Source: an uncultured delta proteobacterium (GTDB lineage: Bacteria > Desulfobacterota > BSN033 > UBA1163). Taken from it: 64,000 nucleotides of DNA. Location: positions 672,001 to 736,000 of the forward strand of contig CAWHBU010000004.1 in assembly GCA_963827685.1 (NCBI GenBank). The letters run 5' to 3'. Both the position numbers and the translations under genes were made by a program. Below are positions 27,422 to 37,134 of this stretch, piece after piece. Positions within the stretch are counted from its first letter, which is position 1; each line of letters opens with the position of its first letter. Under the pieces are notes generated by a model that did not search any database, had not been told where the DNA came from, and worked only from the letters and a program-made list of their open reading frames with translations.

Positions 27422-28640
27422 TTAAGGCCGATGGAACCGTATCATATTATCTAAAACTTCCACTGCTCTTAGCGCAAAAGCAGGGTCACTGATATGAACG
27501 TCCATCTCTTCAATAGGGATGTTAGGGTTGATGAGCTTTCTCAATTCTTCTACAAAAATCTGGTCCGTCTTTGGATCATAAAGCTCCATTCCAGCTTTGT
27601 CAGCTTCAGACCAACCTTTCTTGGGGATCAGGACATAGGCCGGTCCCTTTGATCTGTTCAATTTTTCTCCAATGATGTAAGCAAATTTTTTCATCTCTTC
27701 AGGTCCCATACGGACACAGAATCGGATATCATGGGAATGTATCTTTCTCCCTTTTAGTTGGTCTGGCATAGGATAAAAAGGACTGAATACGGCATTATCG
27801 AGCCCCTCCTGGCACAACCACTTGAGGGATTCCGAACTGCCCTGCGGTTTCCAACCGCATGGGACCGATCCCTTTGCAATATCCTCCAAACATTTCATCT
27901 GCTATCTCATGAGTAGTAAAATCAAGCACACCAGCAACCAGGCCTTCAGCAATGAATTCTTCCATGGCCATTCCACCGATTCCATTGGCGTGAAAAGCAA
28001 TCATTTCATATCCTCTTTCTCGAAGGAGAGATTCCGCCTGCATTGCACAAACTGAATTGATGCCGTAGGCTGTCACAGCAACCATGGGGTTTTCTTTTTT
28101 TATCACGCTTCCTTTTTCTATCATTCCGCCTATGGCATAAGCGGCTTGTCCCAGCATCAGACGCATAAATTCATTGGAACCCAAAATATCTGCTACCGAA
28201 TGGAACATGACAATATCTTTCGTTCCGATATATTCCCTGATATCTCTGGAGGCCACTGTGGAAAGTACCACCTTGGGCAGGCCGAAAGGAAGGGAACGCA
28301 TAATATGGGTTACGATCGCTGTTCCTGTTCCGCCTCCCATCCCAAATACCCCATGGAGTTTGCCTTTTTCAAAGAGTTCTCTTGCCAAGATAGCCCCGCC
28401 TTCTTGGACGGCTTTAATAGCGAGAGAACGATTTTTTTCTTTGATTAAATGTTCCCAATGATACCCGGCAGCCTCCATCACCTCGACTCGATGGATATCC
28501 GGATGGGTGAGAGGTTCTCCCAAAGTTCCGATATCCATCAGGATAGGATGTATACCGAGTTTTTGTGCGCAATCCTTTACATAAGCTGCTTCGTTTCCCT
28601 TTGTATCCAAAGTGGCAATGATGAGCAGTTGTTTTTTCAT
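27422..28640 (-). pseudogene. Tm-1-like/UPF0261 protein split by a +1 frameshift
   Basis: ORF 27795-28640 (ATLDTKG..VVVPGG) continues as LDNAVF..IPKKGWS in another frame; one extra base in CCCC 27803-27806. Confidence 0.85.
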
Positions 28641-28770
28641 TTTTATCTTTTCCCAGTATTTCCCAAACTAAAGGAGGTTACATTAATTTATCAGGACTTG
28701 CGCTATTTTTCAATTTTTTCTATTGAAATTTTTTCGGAGGGAAGATATCCTTTTGAGAGGAGGGCTGAAC

Positions 28771-29397
28771 ATGTCACAGATCATCGTCGCACAGAATGTC
28801 CACGGGATTGTTTTGGCAGGTGAGAATCGGGCGATCCAATTGGATGAAAAAGGAAATGAAATTTCATTACAAATAAATCGTCTCCTCCCGCTCACTTCTC
28901 ATTGTGCTCTTCTAACAGCCGGGGCAGCAGAAGGGAAGGATATGGGAAATGCTTTAAAGAGTTTTCTCCTCGGAGAGAAGCTCAATGACGTGCAAGACAT
29001 TTATGGAGCAGCGCTCGCCTATCTTTCTACAGAATACGAACAATTCATGAGAAAGAAGTGTGAATGGCTACCTGTTGATCCCATCCATCAGGTTTCCTTC
29101 GTCCTGGCTGGAAGAACAGAACGGGACCCAGTGATGCCCTTCCGGCTTTACTTCCTTTGGACAAAAAAGAAACTTCCCCGACTCGATGGGGATGAAATTT
29201 CTCACGCCTTTTCCCTGCCGAGGAGAATGGGTTTGGAGTTTCGGTTAAACAAGATGTGTAAAGAGAACGCTTCGTTGAAAGAGATTTTAAGAAAGATGAC
29301 AGACGGAATGGAGCAATTAAAAAGTAAGGGGGAGGTAAGCGGTCCATTCTCCTTCGCCACGATCACCCAGGAGGGATTTCAATCTCTCAATCCCTGA
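28771..29397 (+). CDS. Ntn-hydrolase / proteasome-beta-like protein with N-terminal Ser
   Basis: MSQIIVAQNVHGIVLAGENR.., ALLTAGAAEG, SFVLAG, VSGPFSFATITQEG; AGGAGG before ATG 28771. Confidence 0.55.
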   Translation: MSQIIVAQNVHGIVLAGENRAIQLDEKGNEISLQINRLLPLTSHCALLTAGAAEGKDMGNALKSFLLGEKLNDVQDIYGAALAYLSTEYEQFMRKKCEWLPVDPIHQVSFVLAGRTERDPVMPFRLYFLWTKKKLPRLDGDEISHAFSLPRRMGLEFRLNKMCKENASLKEILRKMTDGMEQLKSKGEVSGPFSFATITQEGFQSLNP

Positions 29398-30134
29398 AGG
29401 AAACTCCTCACATTTTTACCGAGAACGGAGTGGTTATAGCCTCCTTCGAGGACTCCAAATCGTCTTCCTTGGCAGCGCTCGAGAGAGGCCTCTTTGGCCC
29501 ATTTTCCGATGGTGAAATAGTCCTCGGTCTTAAGCAGCCCTCCCCAGTCCTCTTCGTGGCGGTCAAATCCTGCAGAAATCGCGATGACATCATAGGGTCG
29601 TTCTGTTTGAAGAGATCGTTGGACTTCTTCTAAGAATCTCTCCCTGCGAATCCCTTCAGGATGAAAATAACTCACTGGACTTGAGCCACTGAAGGTATTG
29701 GATGTGCCGTCGCCATAATGGAGATCGAAATCGAGGATAAGAGCGCTTTTGATCTTTTCCTCACTGATGAGCCTTTTGATGGCAATGGCAATATTATTGA
29801 AGTAACAGAACCCCCAACAGGAATGGGGACTGGCATGGTGCCCTGGAGGCCGGATCAAACCGAAAGCAGGCTGGCCCTCACAGGCCATTTCCGCTGCAAG
29901 AATGGCCCCTCCAGCGGCGAGAATTCCAACTTCATAAACCTGAGGCTCCCCTTTAACAAATTGAATGTGACTCTTCCCATGAACTCTCCCCATATCCCTC
30001 TCTGAAGCAGCCTTCGGTTCAATGAATTCAAATTCTTTCTCCAGCGCCTCCACCATGGGCTCCATCCTCCCGGCAGCCGCCGCCGGATCGGAGGTGTAGA
30101 CTTCATAAAATCTTGGATGAAAGACGACCTTCAA
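29379..30134 (-). CDS. Histone deacetylase-family amidohydrolase
   Basis: RPPGHHA, GFCYFNN, DFDLHYGDGT, SAGFD, LEGGY. Confidence 0.92.
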   Translation of the reverse strand: MKVVFHPRFYEVYTSDPAAAAGRMEPMVEALEKEFEFIEPKAASERDMGRVHGKSHIQFVKGEPQVYEVGILAAGGAILAAEMACEGQPAFGLIRPPGHHASPHSCWGFCYFNNIAIAIKRLISEEKIKSALILDFDLHYGDGTSNTFSGSSPVSYFHPEGIRRERFLEEVQRSLQTERPYDVIAISAGFDRHEEDWGGLLKTEDYFTIGKWAKEASLERCQGRRFGVLEGGYNHSVLGKNVRSFLQGLRD

Positions 30135-30181
30135 GGCTTTCCCTCCTTTAACCTAGCTATATTATCATACTCTTCCCATTG

Positions 30182-30215
30182 TTGACAATTCTTTCAGATT
30201 GATATATAGTATATA
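30182..30215 (+). promoter_or_regulatory. Toxin-antitoxin operon promoter with palindromic operator
   Basis: TTGACA-N17-TATAGT; TATATA-G-TATATA (30203-30215) covers the -10. Confidence 0.6.
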
Positions 30216-30243
30216 CAAATTATACAGTGTTGGAGGTGAATGC

Positions 30244-30492
30244 ATGACAACCCAGATGATTATTAGAATAGACCCTGAGGTTAAGCTCAAGCTCAGTAAA
30301 CTTGCCAGGATGGAAGGGAAGACGACAAGCCAGATGGTAAGGGAACTGATAGAGGACTATACCAAAGAAAGGGATATTGGCACTTATATTGATGACCTGT
30401 GGGGAAGAATTGGGGGAAAATTGAGATCCAAAGGGGTAAGACAAAGAGATATCGATAAGGCGATCAAAGAGGTAAGAAGAAGCCGAAGATGA
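30244..30492 (+). CDS. Ribbon-helix-helix (CopG-like) antitoxin
   Basis: MTTQMIIRIDPEVK..EGKTTSQMVRELI; GGAGGTG RBS; overlaps the PIN gene. Confidence 0.8.
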   Translation: MTTQMIIRIDPEVKLKLSKLARMEGKTTSQMVRELIEDYTKERDIGTYIDDLWGRIGGKLRSKGVRQRDIDKAIKEVRRSRR

Positions 30493-30896
30493 GAGTCGTT
30501 ATCGATACCAATATCTTTGTTTCATCCTTTTTCGGAGGTAACCCCCGGAAGATCATTGACCTCTGGAAAAAAGGGAATATAAACCTTTGCCTATCCAATG
30601 ATATCCTTGAAGAGTATGTGGATGCTTTGCGGAGAGTCGGATTAAAAGAAGAAGAGGAGATCGAAGAACTTCTCTCTCTTTTTGCTAAGGGTTTCAATAT
30701 TATCTTTACCACAAACACACCAACGATAAAGGTAGTAAAAGATGATCCTGATGACGACAAATTTATAGAATGTGCAGTCGGCTTAAAGGCTGAAGTCATC
30801 ATCACTGGAGATAAGGCTCTGAGAGCGATGGGTGAATATATGGGGATTAACATATTAACCCCTCAGGAGTTCTTAAAGATCTATGAACCTCACTGA
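30489..30896 (+). CDS. PIN-domain toxin
   Basis: MRVVIDTNIFVS, DPDDDKFIECA, IITGD. Confidence 0.9.
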   Translation: MRVVIDTNIFVSSFFGGNPRKIIDLWKKGNINLCLSNDILEEYVDALRRVGLKEEEEIEELLSLFAKGFNIIFTTNTPTIKVVKDDPDDDKFIECAVGLKAEVIITGDKALRAMGEYMGINILTPQEFLKIYEPH

Positions 30897-30967
30897 AATA
30901 GTGGTCCAACTGGGCAGTGTGCAGCAGATAAAGACCAATCTTGAAAAACCAACGAGCGTATTGAAAA

Positions 30968-33900
30968 TTGATAAAGACATTTATTAGCCATAGCTCCACT
31001 GATCATCCGTTTGTTGAATGGCTTAAAACAAAGCTTGAAAGAGAGAAATTAGGGTTAGATATTTTTGTCGATGATGGATCTGTTTTTGTAGGTGATGATC
31101 CGCAAAAAATGATAGATGAGGTTAAAAGGTCAATTATTTTTATTCCAGTTTTATCGAACGAATCAGTAAGAAAAGAATTTGTCCAAAATGAACTTAAGAC
31201 AGCAAATGAGAGTAAAACGACATATATTTTTCCTGTCAAACTAAAATGTGATAAAGAGAATATTCCAAAGGTAATCAAGGCAGAATTTACAGCTTTCGAT
31301 AAGGTTGAGGGTAAAATTTATGAAGACTTTTCTAATGAGAAAGAGTGGGATATTCACTATGAACATTTGAGGAGGGCAATTTTTGACAAAATTGTTGAAT
31401 TAGGCCTCTTTAAAGAAGATACTAAAGACTTCTATCAGGACTGTGAACATCTTGATTTAATAATTCAAAGAGAAGATCCAACAATTCTTGAAATAAAAGC
31501 GGTTATAGATGTTTATCTGAAAAAGGAACCATATCAAAGATATTTTTTCAGCAAACTGACTAATGTAAAATGGCTTAAATATCTAAAACTGTACGGTTAT
31601 TTAAAAAGTAATCCTCAACCCATTGAGGCTCAGGATTCCCCCGGCTCTTTCATCATCCCACAGTGGCATGCATTAGAGTATTTGGAGAAAGTTTCCAACC
31701 AGATTTCCAGTAACGAAGAAGCTATTGGTGACCTTCTTGAAATAATCAAATCTGTTACCCATCTTAGAGATGCATCGGGCAAGCACATAGAAAACTACCG
31801 TACTTGGTATTACTTTACGAAGATTTTGCTTAATCTACCAAATGCGAAGATCAGTGAAGAAATAGTCAATCTCATTCCTGTCTGGCTCGATTCAAGGTTC
31901 AGCACGTCTCTGCCGGGTGCTGAAATAGTCGGAAAGCTATTACCCAAGTTCTTGAATAGCAGCGAACCCGAAGACTGGAAAAAAGCAGAAAGAATCATAG
32001 AAATAGTTACGGATATCAAATGGGTTGAGGTCCCCGAAAAACAGAGGGATATCCATGGAAGAGAAAATGAACCAAGAACATTTGTCGAACCTTATTGGCT
32101 TAAGGAGGGTATTGAGAAACATTTTGAAAGAATTGGGGAGGTTTGTTCGATAAGTTCCATAGATGGGATGGCGAAGAAGATTCTTGCCATATTTTGCAGG
32201 CAATACCAACACTCATACGATGTAAACTATGAAGGTGAAGACTACCAGATAACCCATTCACTACTAGAGAATGGCTTGCACCAAATTTCTGTTTTTTCCC
32301 TTAAATATCCCAAGAACTGGGATGGATACAGCAGAGAGAAAATAGAGAAAACATTTGCATTGAGCTTTGTCATTTCCGAGCTTGAGAATAAATCTCAGTT
32401 TATTAGGAAAGGCAAAGAACTTCTCGCCGAGAAGTACTTCCCGGGCCTCAAAGACGAATTCGATAAGCCATTGTCATCAATTTATTCTTTATACGACTAC
32501 TCATATGTTTGGTACAGCTCGTTGAGTGAAACAATCAAGCACGTAAGTCTTGAGCATGCGGAAAGAATCCTTACATTCATTCTTAAAGAGGTTCTTGCCG
32601 CAAAGGCTCGTGCCAATAGAGATGAGACATCGGAGATCCTAGATAGATTCCTTAGCAGAGACTATCCTTATCCTCTTTTCAAACGTCTTGTGATATTTAT
32701 CGCTTCAGGAGATTGGGATAAATATAAGGAATATTTCTTCAAGTCCATTGACCTTGAAGAAATCAATGTTTTTGAAGGGGCGGATTACCAAGCTGAACTC
32801 TCTGCCTTGCTCAAAGGTAACTTCAATAAATTTAATGCGGATGAAAAAAGAATTGTAAAGATGATCATCGAAAAGGGGCCAGAGCGGGTTTCTCCTGAGG
32901 ATCCACAAGGATACAAAGCCTATTGGAAACAGAAATGGCTTTCACTACTGAAGGATGATCCTGATTTTGCTCCCCTATTTGAAGAGCAAAAGAAGTTAAG
33001 CGGCTTAGAAAAAGAGAAATTTACCTTTGGCACGGAGTTTAGAGTATCAAGAGGGTTGGGCCTATCTCCGCTATCGACGGAAGAAATACTTAGGATAACA
33101 AACGATGAACTAGCCCTCAAGATGAAGGAATTCAGATCAGAAAAGAAGTGGGAGGGCATGACCGTTGCAGGATTTTCAAATACACTAAAAGATGCAGTTA
33201 CAGCAGACCCTAAGAAATTTGTTGAGGATCTAAACCCCTTCGAAGAGGTCGGTTTTATCTATATCTATAAAATCATGGATGGTTTAAAAGATGCGTGGAA
33301 GGGAAAGAAAGATTTTAACTGGGTAAAGGTATTTCGGTTTGCAACCCTTTATATAAACAAGGGGCAATTCTGGAGGGACGATTTTGTCGTAGAGAAAGAT
33401 GAATGGTTAGGAGGCGCCACCCATGAATGGGTTACGGGGATTATTGCGGAGTTTATCGAAGAAGGCACAAGAGATGATTCGTGGGCATTCAGCGAAGACC
33501 ATTTTGACAAAGCGAAAGAGATTATTTTTTATTTGCTGAGAGAGCCTGAAGAGGATAAAGAGATTACCGATTATGTTACCCATACTTTGAATACTCCATG
33601 CGGGAAATTAATTAGTTCGCTTGTGAATTTGGTATTGAGAATAGCCCGCGTGAATGATAAGAAGGGCATTAAAACCGAACCGAGGTGGTCTGAGGAGTAT
33701 AAGAAAAAGTTCGATGACATATTGACCAAGAAGATCATTGAGGCGTATACGTCACTTGGTCGCTTTCTTCCTAACCTGTATTATCTTGATAAGAATTGGG
33801 TGGTGGAGAAAATCGAACAGATTTCTACCGAAAAAGGAAGCAAATACTGGGAAGCCTTTATGGATGGTTATTTCTCATTAGAAATGGTCTATGATGAACT

Positions 33901-34603
33901 CTATGTGCTGATGAAACCACACTGCCAATACGGGCTTTCATACAATTTCAGGGATAAGCGTAACCAAGAACATTTGGTGCAGCATATCTGTATTGGTTAT
34001 CTTCGAGACCATGAGAGAATTAATGATTCGAACAGCCTTTTTCAGAAGATCATCGATGAATGGAAACCTGACCAAATTAAGGAAATTATCGGCTTTTTCT
34101 GGATGCAAAGAGATATCGTGATAGAAAGGTCAGAAGAGAATGAAAAGATGAGGAAGAAGATAATTGAATTCTGGAGGCAGCTCTATAAAAAATATAAGAG
34201 AAAGGATGAAAAGTCCTTAACACTTGAAGGTAAAAAGATTTTATCAGAAGCCTCAAAGCTGACTGTAATTCTCCCGCAGATAGACCCTGAATCTTACGAG
34301 TGGCTTATGTTGTCAGCGCCCTACGTACACGAAGATTTTAATTCCTCTTTCTTTATCCAGTCCCTGGATGAACTCAAGAATAAAGGCGATAGTACGAAAT
34401 CGGCCAAGTATATCGGGGAAATCTACTTGAAAATGCTTGAAAAGATTACTCCCGACTTTGACAAGAAGCATATCCGCCCAATAATTGAGTTTCTCTATAG
34501 TGCAAGTGCTCAGGAAAATGCGAACAAGATATGTAACATTTATGGTTCAAGAGGCTATGAATTCTTGAGAGACATTTATGAGAGATACAATGCTTCTAAG
34601 TGA
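30968..34603 (+). CDS. TIR-domain protein with a large helical C-terminal region (defence candidate)
   Basis: TFISHSSTD..IFVDD..IFIPVLSNES..FVQNEL..IFPV TIR signature; about 1050 aa C-terminal region with no Walker A seen. Confidence 0.8.
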   Translation: MIKTFISHSSTDHPFVEWLKTKLEREKLGLDIFVDDGSVFVGDDPQKMIDEVKRSIIFIPVLSNESVRKEFVQNELKTANESKTTYIFPVKLKCDKENIPKVIKAEFTAFDKVEGKIYEDFSNEKEWDIHYEHLRRAIFDKIVELGLFKEDTKDFYQDCEHLDLIIQREDPTILEIKAVIDVYLKKEPYQRYFFSKLTNVKWLKYLKLYGYLKSNPQPIEAQDSPGSFIIPQWHALEYLEKVSNQISSNEEAIGDLLEIIKSVTHLRDASGKHIENYRTWYYFTKILLNLPNAKISEEIVNLIPVWLDSRFSTSLPGAEIVGKLLPKFLNSSEPEDWKKAERIIEIVTDIKWVEVPEKQRDIHGRENEPRTFVEPYWLKEGIEKHFERIGEVCSISSIDGMAKKILAIFCRQYQHSYDVNYEGEDYQITHSLLENGLHQISVFSLKYPKNWDGYSREKIEKTFALSFVISELENKSQFIRKGKELLAEKYFPGLKDEFDKPLSSIYSLYDYSYVWYSSLSETIKHVSLEHAERILTFILKEVLAAKARANRDETSEILDRFLSRDYPYPLFKRLVIFIASGDWDKYKEYFFKSIDLEEINVFEGADYQAELSALLKGNFNKFNADEKRIVKMIIEKGPERVSPEDPQGYKAYWKQKWLSLLKDDPDFAPLFEEQKKLSGLEKEKFTFGTEFRVSRGLGLSPLSTEEILRITNDELALKMKEFRSEKKWEGMTVAGFSNTLKDAVTADPKKFVEDLNPFEEVGFIYIYKIMDGLKDAWKGKKDFNWVKVFRFATLYINKGQFWRDDFVVEKDEWLGGATHEWVTGIIAEFIEEGTRDDSWAFSEDHFDKAKEIIFYLLREPEEDKEITDYVTHTLNTPCGKLISSLVNLVLRIARVNDKKGIKTEPRWSEEYKKKFDDILTKKIIEAYTSLGRFLPNLYYLDKNWVVEKIEQISTEKGSKYWEAFMDGYFSLEMVYDELYVLMKPHCQYGLSYNFRDKRNQEHLVQHICIGYLRDHERINDSNSLFQKIIDEWKPDQIKEIIGFFWMQRDIVIERSEENEKMRKKIIEFWRQLYKKYKRKDEKSLTLEGKKILSEASKLTVILPQIDPESYEWLMLSAPYVHEDFNSSFFIQSLDELKNKGDSTKSAKYIGEIYLKMLEKITPDFDKKHIRPIIEFLYSASAQENANKICNIYGSRGYEFLRDIYERYNASK

Positions 34604-34712
34604 TGACTAGGAGGGTGGCAAATGGTTTGATAAAGAAGCTTGACCGGAGATTTACAGCCGCCGATGTGTAAATTTTTACTTCGAATATCGTAATGAAAAG
34701 AGTAGTGCGGGG

Positions 34713-35270
34713 TCAAGGCTTCATCAATCCTTCCTGGTCTTGGAGCAAGAACCAGTAGAAAGCGGAGATCACGATAGCATGGTCGATCTTCCCTTTGCGA
34801 ATCAATTCCGGGATATCAGCGAGAGGGATAAGCGCCACCTCGATGTCTTCTGTTTGGTCGGGCATGGGATCCCTGACTTTCGCGACGTTTCGAGCGACAA
34901 ACGTATAACAGCGGTTGTTAAAGATGGCCGGGTTGGGATTGGACACACCGATCTTCACCATCTCCTCTGCCTGGTAACCCGTTTCTTCCAATAATTCGCG
35001 AGCAGCCGCTCCTTCCGGGGTATCTCCAGGGTCCACCAACCCTCCTGGGATTTCGAGGGTCACTTCTCTGGAACCGTGGCGGTATTGCCTGACCATCACC
35101 ACTTGATGATCGGCGGTGAGAGGGATGATGTTGACCCAGTCCGGCGTCTCGATAACATAGAAATCGTGTTCGACACTCGTTCGGGGAGAGATAGTAGTAT
35201 CGGCGCGTATTGAGAAGACACGGAAGGATTGTACGGATTGAGATCGAATGCAAGGCCACGGTTTGATCAT
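34713..35270 (-). CDS. NUDIX hydrolase (ADP-ribose pyrophosphatase-like)
   Basis: EIPGGLVDPGDTPEGAAARELLEETGY Nudix box. Confidence 0.92.
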   Translation of the reverse strand: MIKPWPCIRSQSVQSFRVFSIRADTTISPRTSVEHDFYVIETPDWVNIIPLTADHQVVMVRQYRHGSREVTLEIPGGLVDPGDTPEGAAARELLEETGYQAEEMVKIGVSNPNPAIFNNRCYTFVARNVAKVRDPMPDQTEDIEVALIPLADIPELIRKGKIDHAIVISAFYWFLLQDQEGLMKP

Positions 35271-35418
35271 TAGATTTCTCCTTCTTCAAAGCCAGTCTCA
35301 TACAAAAAAATTCATTCTATTTGGGTTGATGTGGTTTGTCAAATTGCAAAGAGTGATTGAAAGTGTAGAATAGCGTGAGAGATAGAATAAGGAGCGACTC
35401 ACAGCCCTCACCCGGCGC

Positions 35419-36213
35419 TTAACTCAAAAAGTCCGTGACATCCCGGTTGAATCGCTCCGGCGCCTCGATGGGGGGCAGGTGGCCAACATGGGTATAGGTC
35501 AGGAATTTGGCGCCTTGAATATGTGTGCTCAGGTGTTGGCCGTTCCCGTAAGGAATAAGCGAATCGGCGTCCCCATGGAGGACAAGCGTGGGTGCTGTGA
35601 TCTGGTTGAGCCGGTGGCTGACGCCTTCCCACGCCATCACCGCACCGAGTTGCCGCTGATAGGATTCCAGCCTCATCGGTTTGGCTATGGCATTGCGCAC
35701 CACCTGATATAAGTCTTCAGGATGGGACTGCATGTAGCCTGGTGCCGCGAGCGACGGATAAATACGGCGTACGTTCGTTTCGATGTCTTCATTCTCGACA
35801 GGCACGAGCAGGGTGGCTATCTCGGGCGTAGGGGGGATTTGTGTCGGCCCGCCCGCCGACGTGGAGACCAGAATCAATTTCTTCACCAACCCGGGATGGC
35901 GCAGGGTCAATTCCAAGGCAATGAAACCGCCCATGGACCAGCCCACAACGTAGGTCGTATTGAGATGGAGGCTTTGGATCAAGCCGGCCGCGTCATCAGC
36001 CATATCCGCGATGGTGTACGGCCCTGTGCCAAGCGCGCTGTCGCCCGCGTCGCGATTGTCCATGTTGATCACGCGATACTTTTTGGAAAGCGGATCAATC
36101 TGCTTCCACCAAGTGAGCCGCGAATTGCTCAACCCGGGGATGAGCAGCAGCGGATGACCGGTGCCATACTCGTCATAGTAAACACGATGCGATCCAGCTT
36201 GAACGGTAGGCAT
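35419..36213 (-). CDS. Alpha/beta hydrolase
   Basis: GWSMGG nucleophile elbow, HGDAD, GHLP. Confidence 0.9.
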   Translation of the reverse strand: MPTVQAGSHRVYYDEYGTGHPLLLIPGLSNSRLTWWKQIDPLSKKYRVINMDNRDAGDSALGTGPYTIADMADDAAGLIQSLHLNTTYVVGWSMGGFIALELTLRHPGLVKKLILVSTSAGGPTQIPPTPEIATLLVPVENEDIETNVRRIYPSLAAPGYMQSHPEDLYQVVRNAIAKPMRLESYQRQLGAVMAWEGVSHRLNQITAPTLVLHGDADSLIPYGNGQHLSTHIQGAKFLTYTHVGHLPPIEAPERFNRDVTDFLS

Positions 36214-36253
36214 ATTCTCTCCAGCAATCAGACCAGCGGGCTAACCTTACACT

Positions 36254-36934
36254 TCACCTCAGCCCGGAATGATTCGGGCAGATCTTCCTGCACAAATAGC
36301 ATTTTTTCAGGTTGTATCCTTTTTCGTTAATATAGTTAGATAGCGGTCTGCATAACTTTTGATCAACGGTTTTTCCGTTAAGAGCGGATGGAGGGCAGGC
36401 TTCCAAACAGAGGGTACACTCTGAGGGGCAACCGACATAGGATGCCATGGTGTCCCCTTCCAACTCAGCCTCCAAGAGAATCGCCCCGAGTTGAATCATA
36501 TTGCCAAAATCACGGTTTATGAGGAGCGTATTCTTGCCTAACACGCCCAAACCTGCAAGATGGCCGGCGTGACGTAAAGACAGAATAGCTCGACCATAGG
36601 AATCGTTGGGTACCCAGTGTTCATACGGATCATCGGACGGTATGGGCACGTTATGGATGCCCCACGCTTCAAGCTCCAATGATAATTCTAAGGTAAGGCG
36701 GTCCACTTCTTTTGTAATGATGTTATTTATGTGTGTGTAGGGAATGCAGCTCGATGCAAATAAAGACTCCGTGGGTAACCTTTTTGCAAAAACAAGAACC
36801 GATCTGCATTTGTCGTAAATATCCTTAGGATGGAACCCTTTCGGAGCATTGGTAAATCTATCGGCAGGTGAAATTCCACAAAGATCAGCACCTCTCTCTT
36901 TAACAGCGGACTTTAGCTTTGAAGAGGTGACCAT
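36254..36934 (-). CDS. Epoxyqueuosine-reductase-like Fe-S protein
   Basis: SLRHAGHLAGLGVLGKN; C..C..C...CP clusters. Start moved to ATG 36934. Confidence 0.75.
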   Translation of the reverse strand: MVTSSKLKSAVKERGADLCGISPADRFTNAPKGFHPKDIYDKCRSVLVFAKRLPTESLFASSCIPYTHINNIITKEVDRLTLELSLELEAWGIHNVPIPSDDPYEHWVPNDSYGRAILSLRHAGHLAGLGVLGKNTLLINRDFGNMIQLGAILLEAELEGDTMASYVGCPSECTLCLEACPPSALNGKTVDQKLCRPLSNYINEKGYNLKKCYLCRKICPNHSGLR

Positions 36935-37134
36935 GTGAATGCATCCTTCTATTTCATTATGCCATGGCACTGAATCGGCCGGAACGTGCCCCGCAAGCCC
37001 CGCCTTGCCTGCCTGCGGTAGGCAGACAGGCAAGGCGGGGTTAAGAGGCACAATATGAATGACATTACAATGCCGGGAAGCCCCGTCCTGTGGGCGGGGA
37101 GCTTCCCATTCCAGATTGTCTCAATCCATGTTCC

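Noticed and set aside
29379-30134. Selenocysteine recoding in HDAC or the redox enzymes
   Set aside because: The relevant positions are ordinary Cys codons, and I noticed no gene split at an in-frame TGA.
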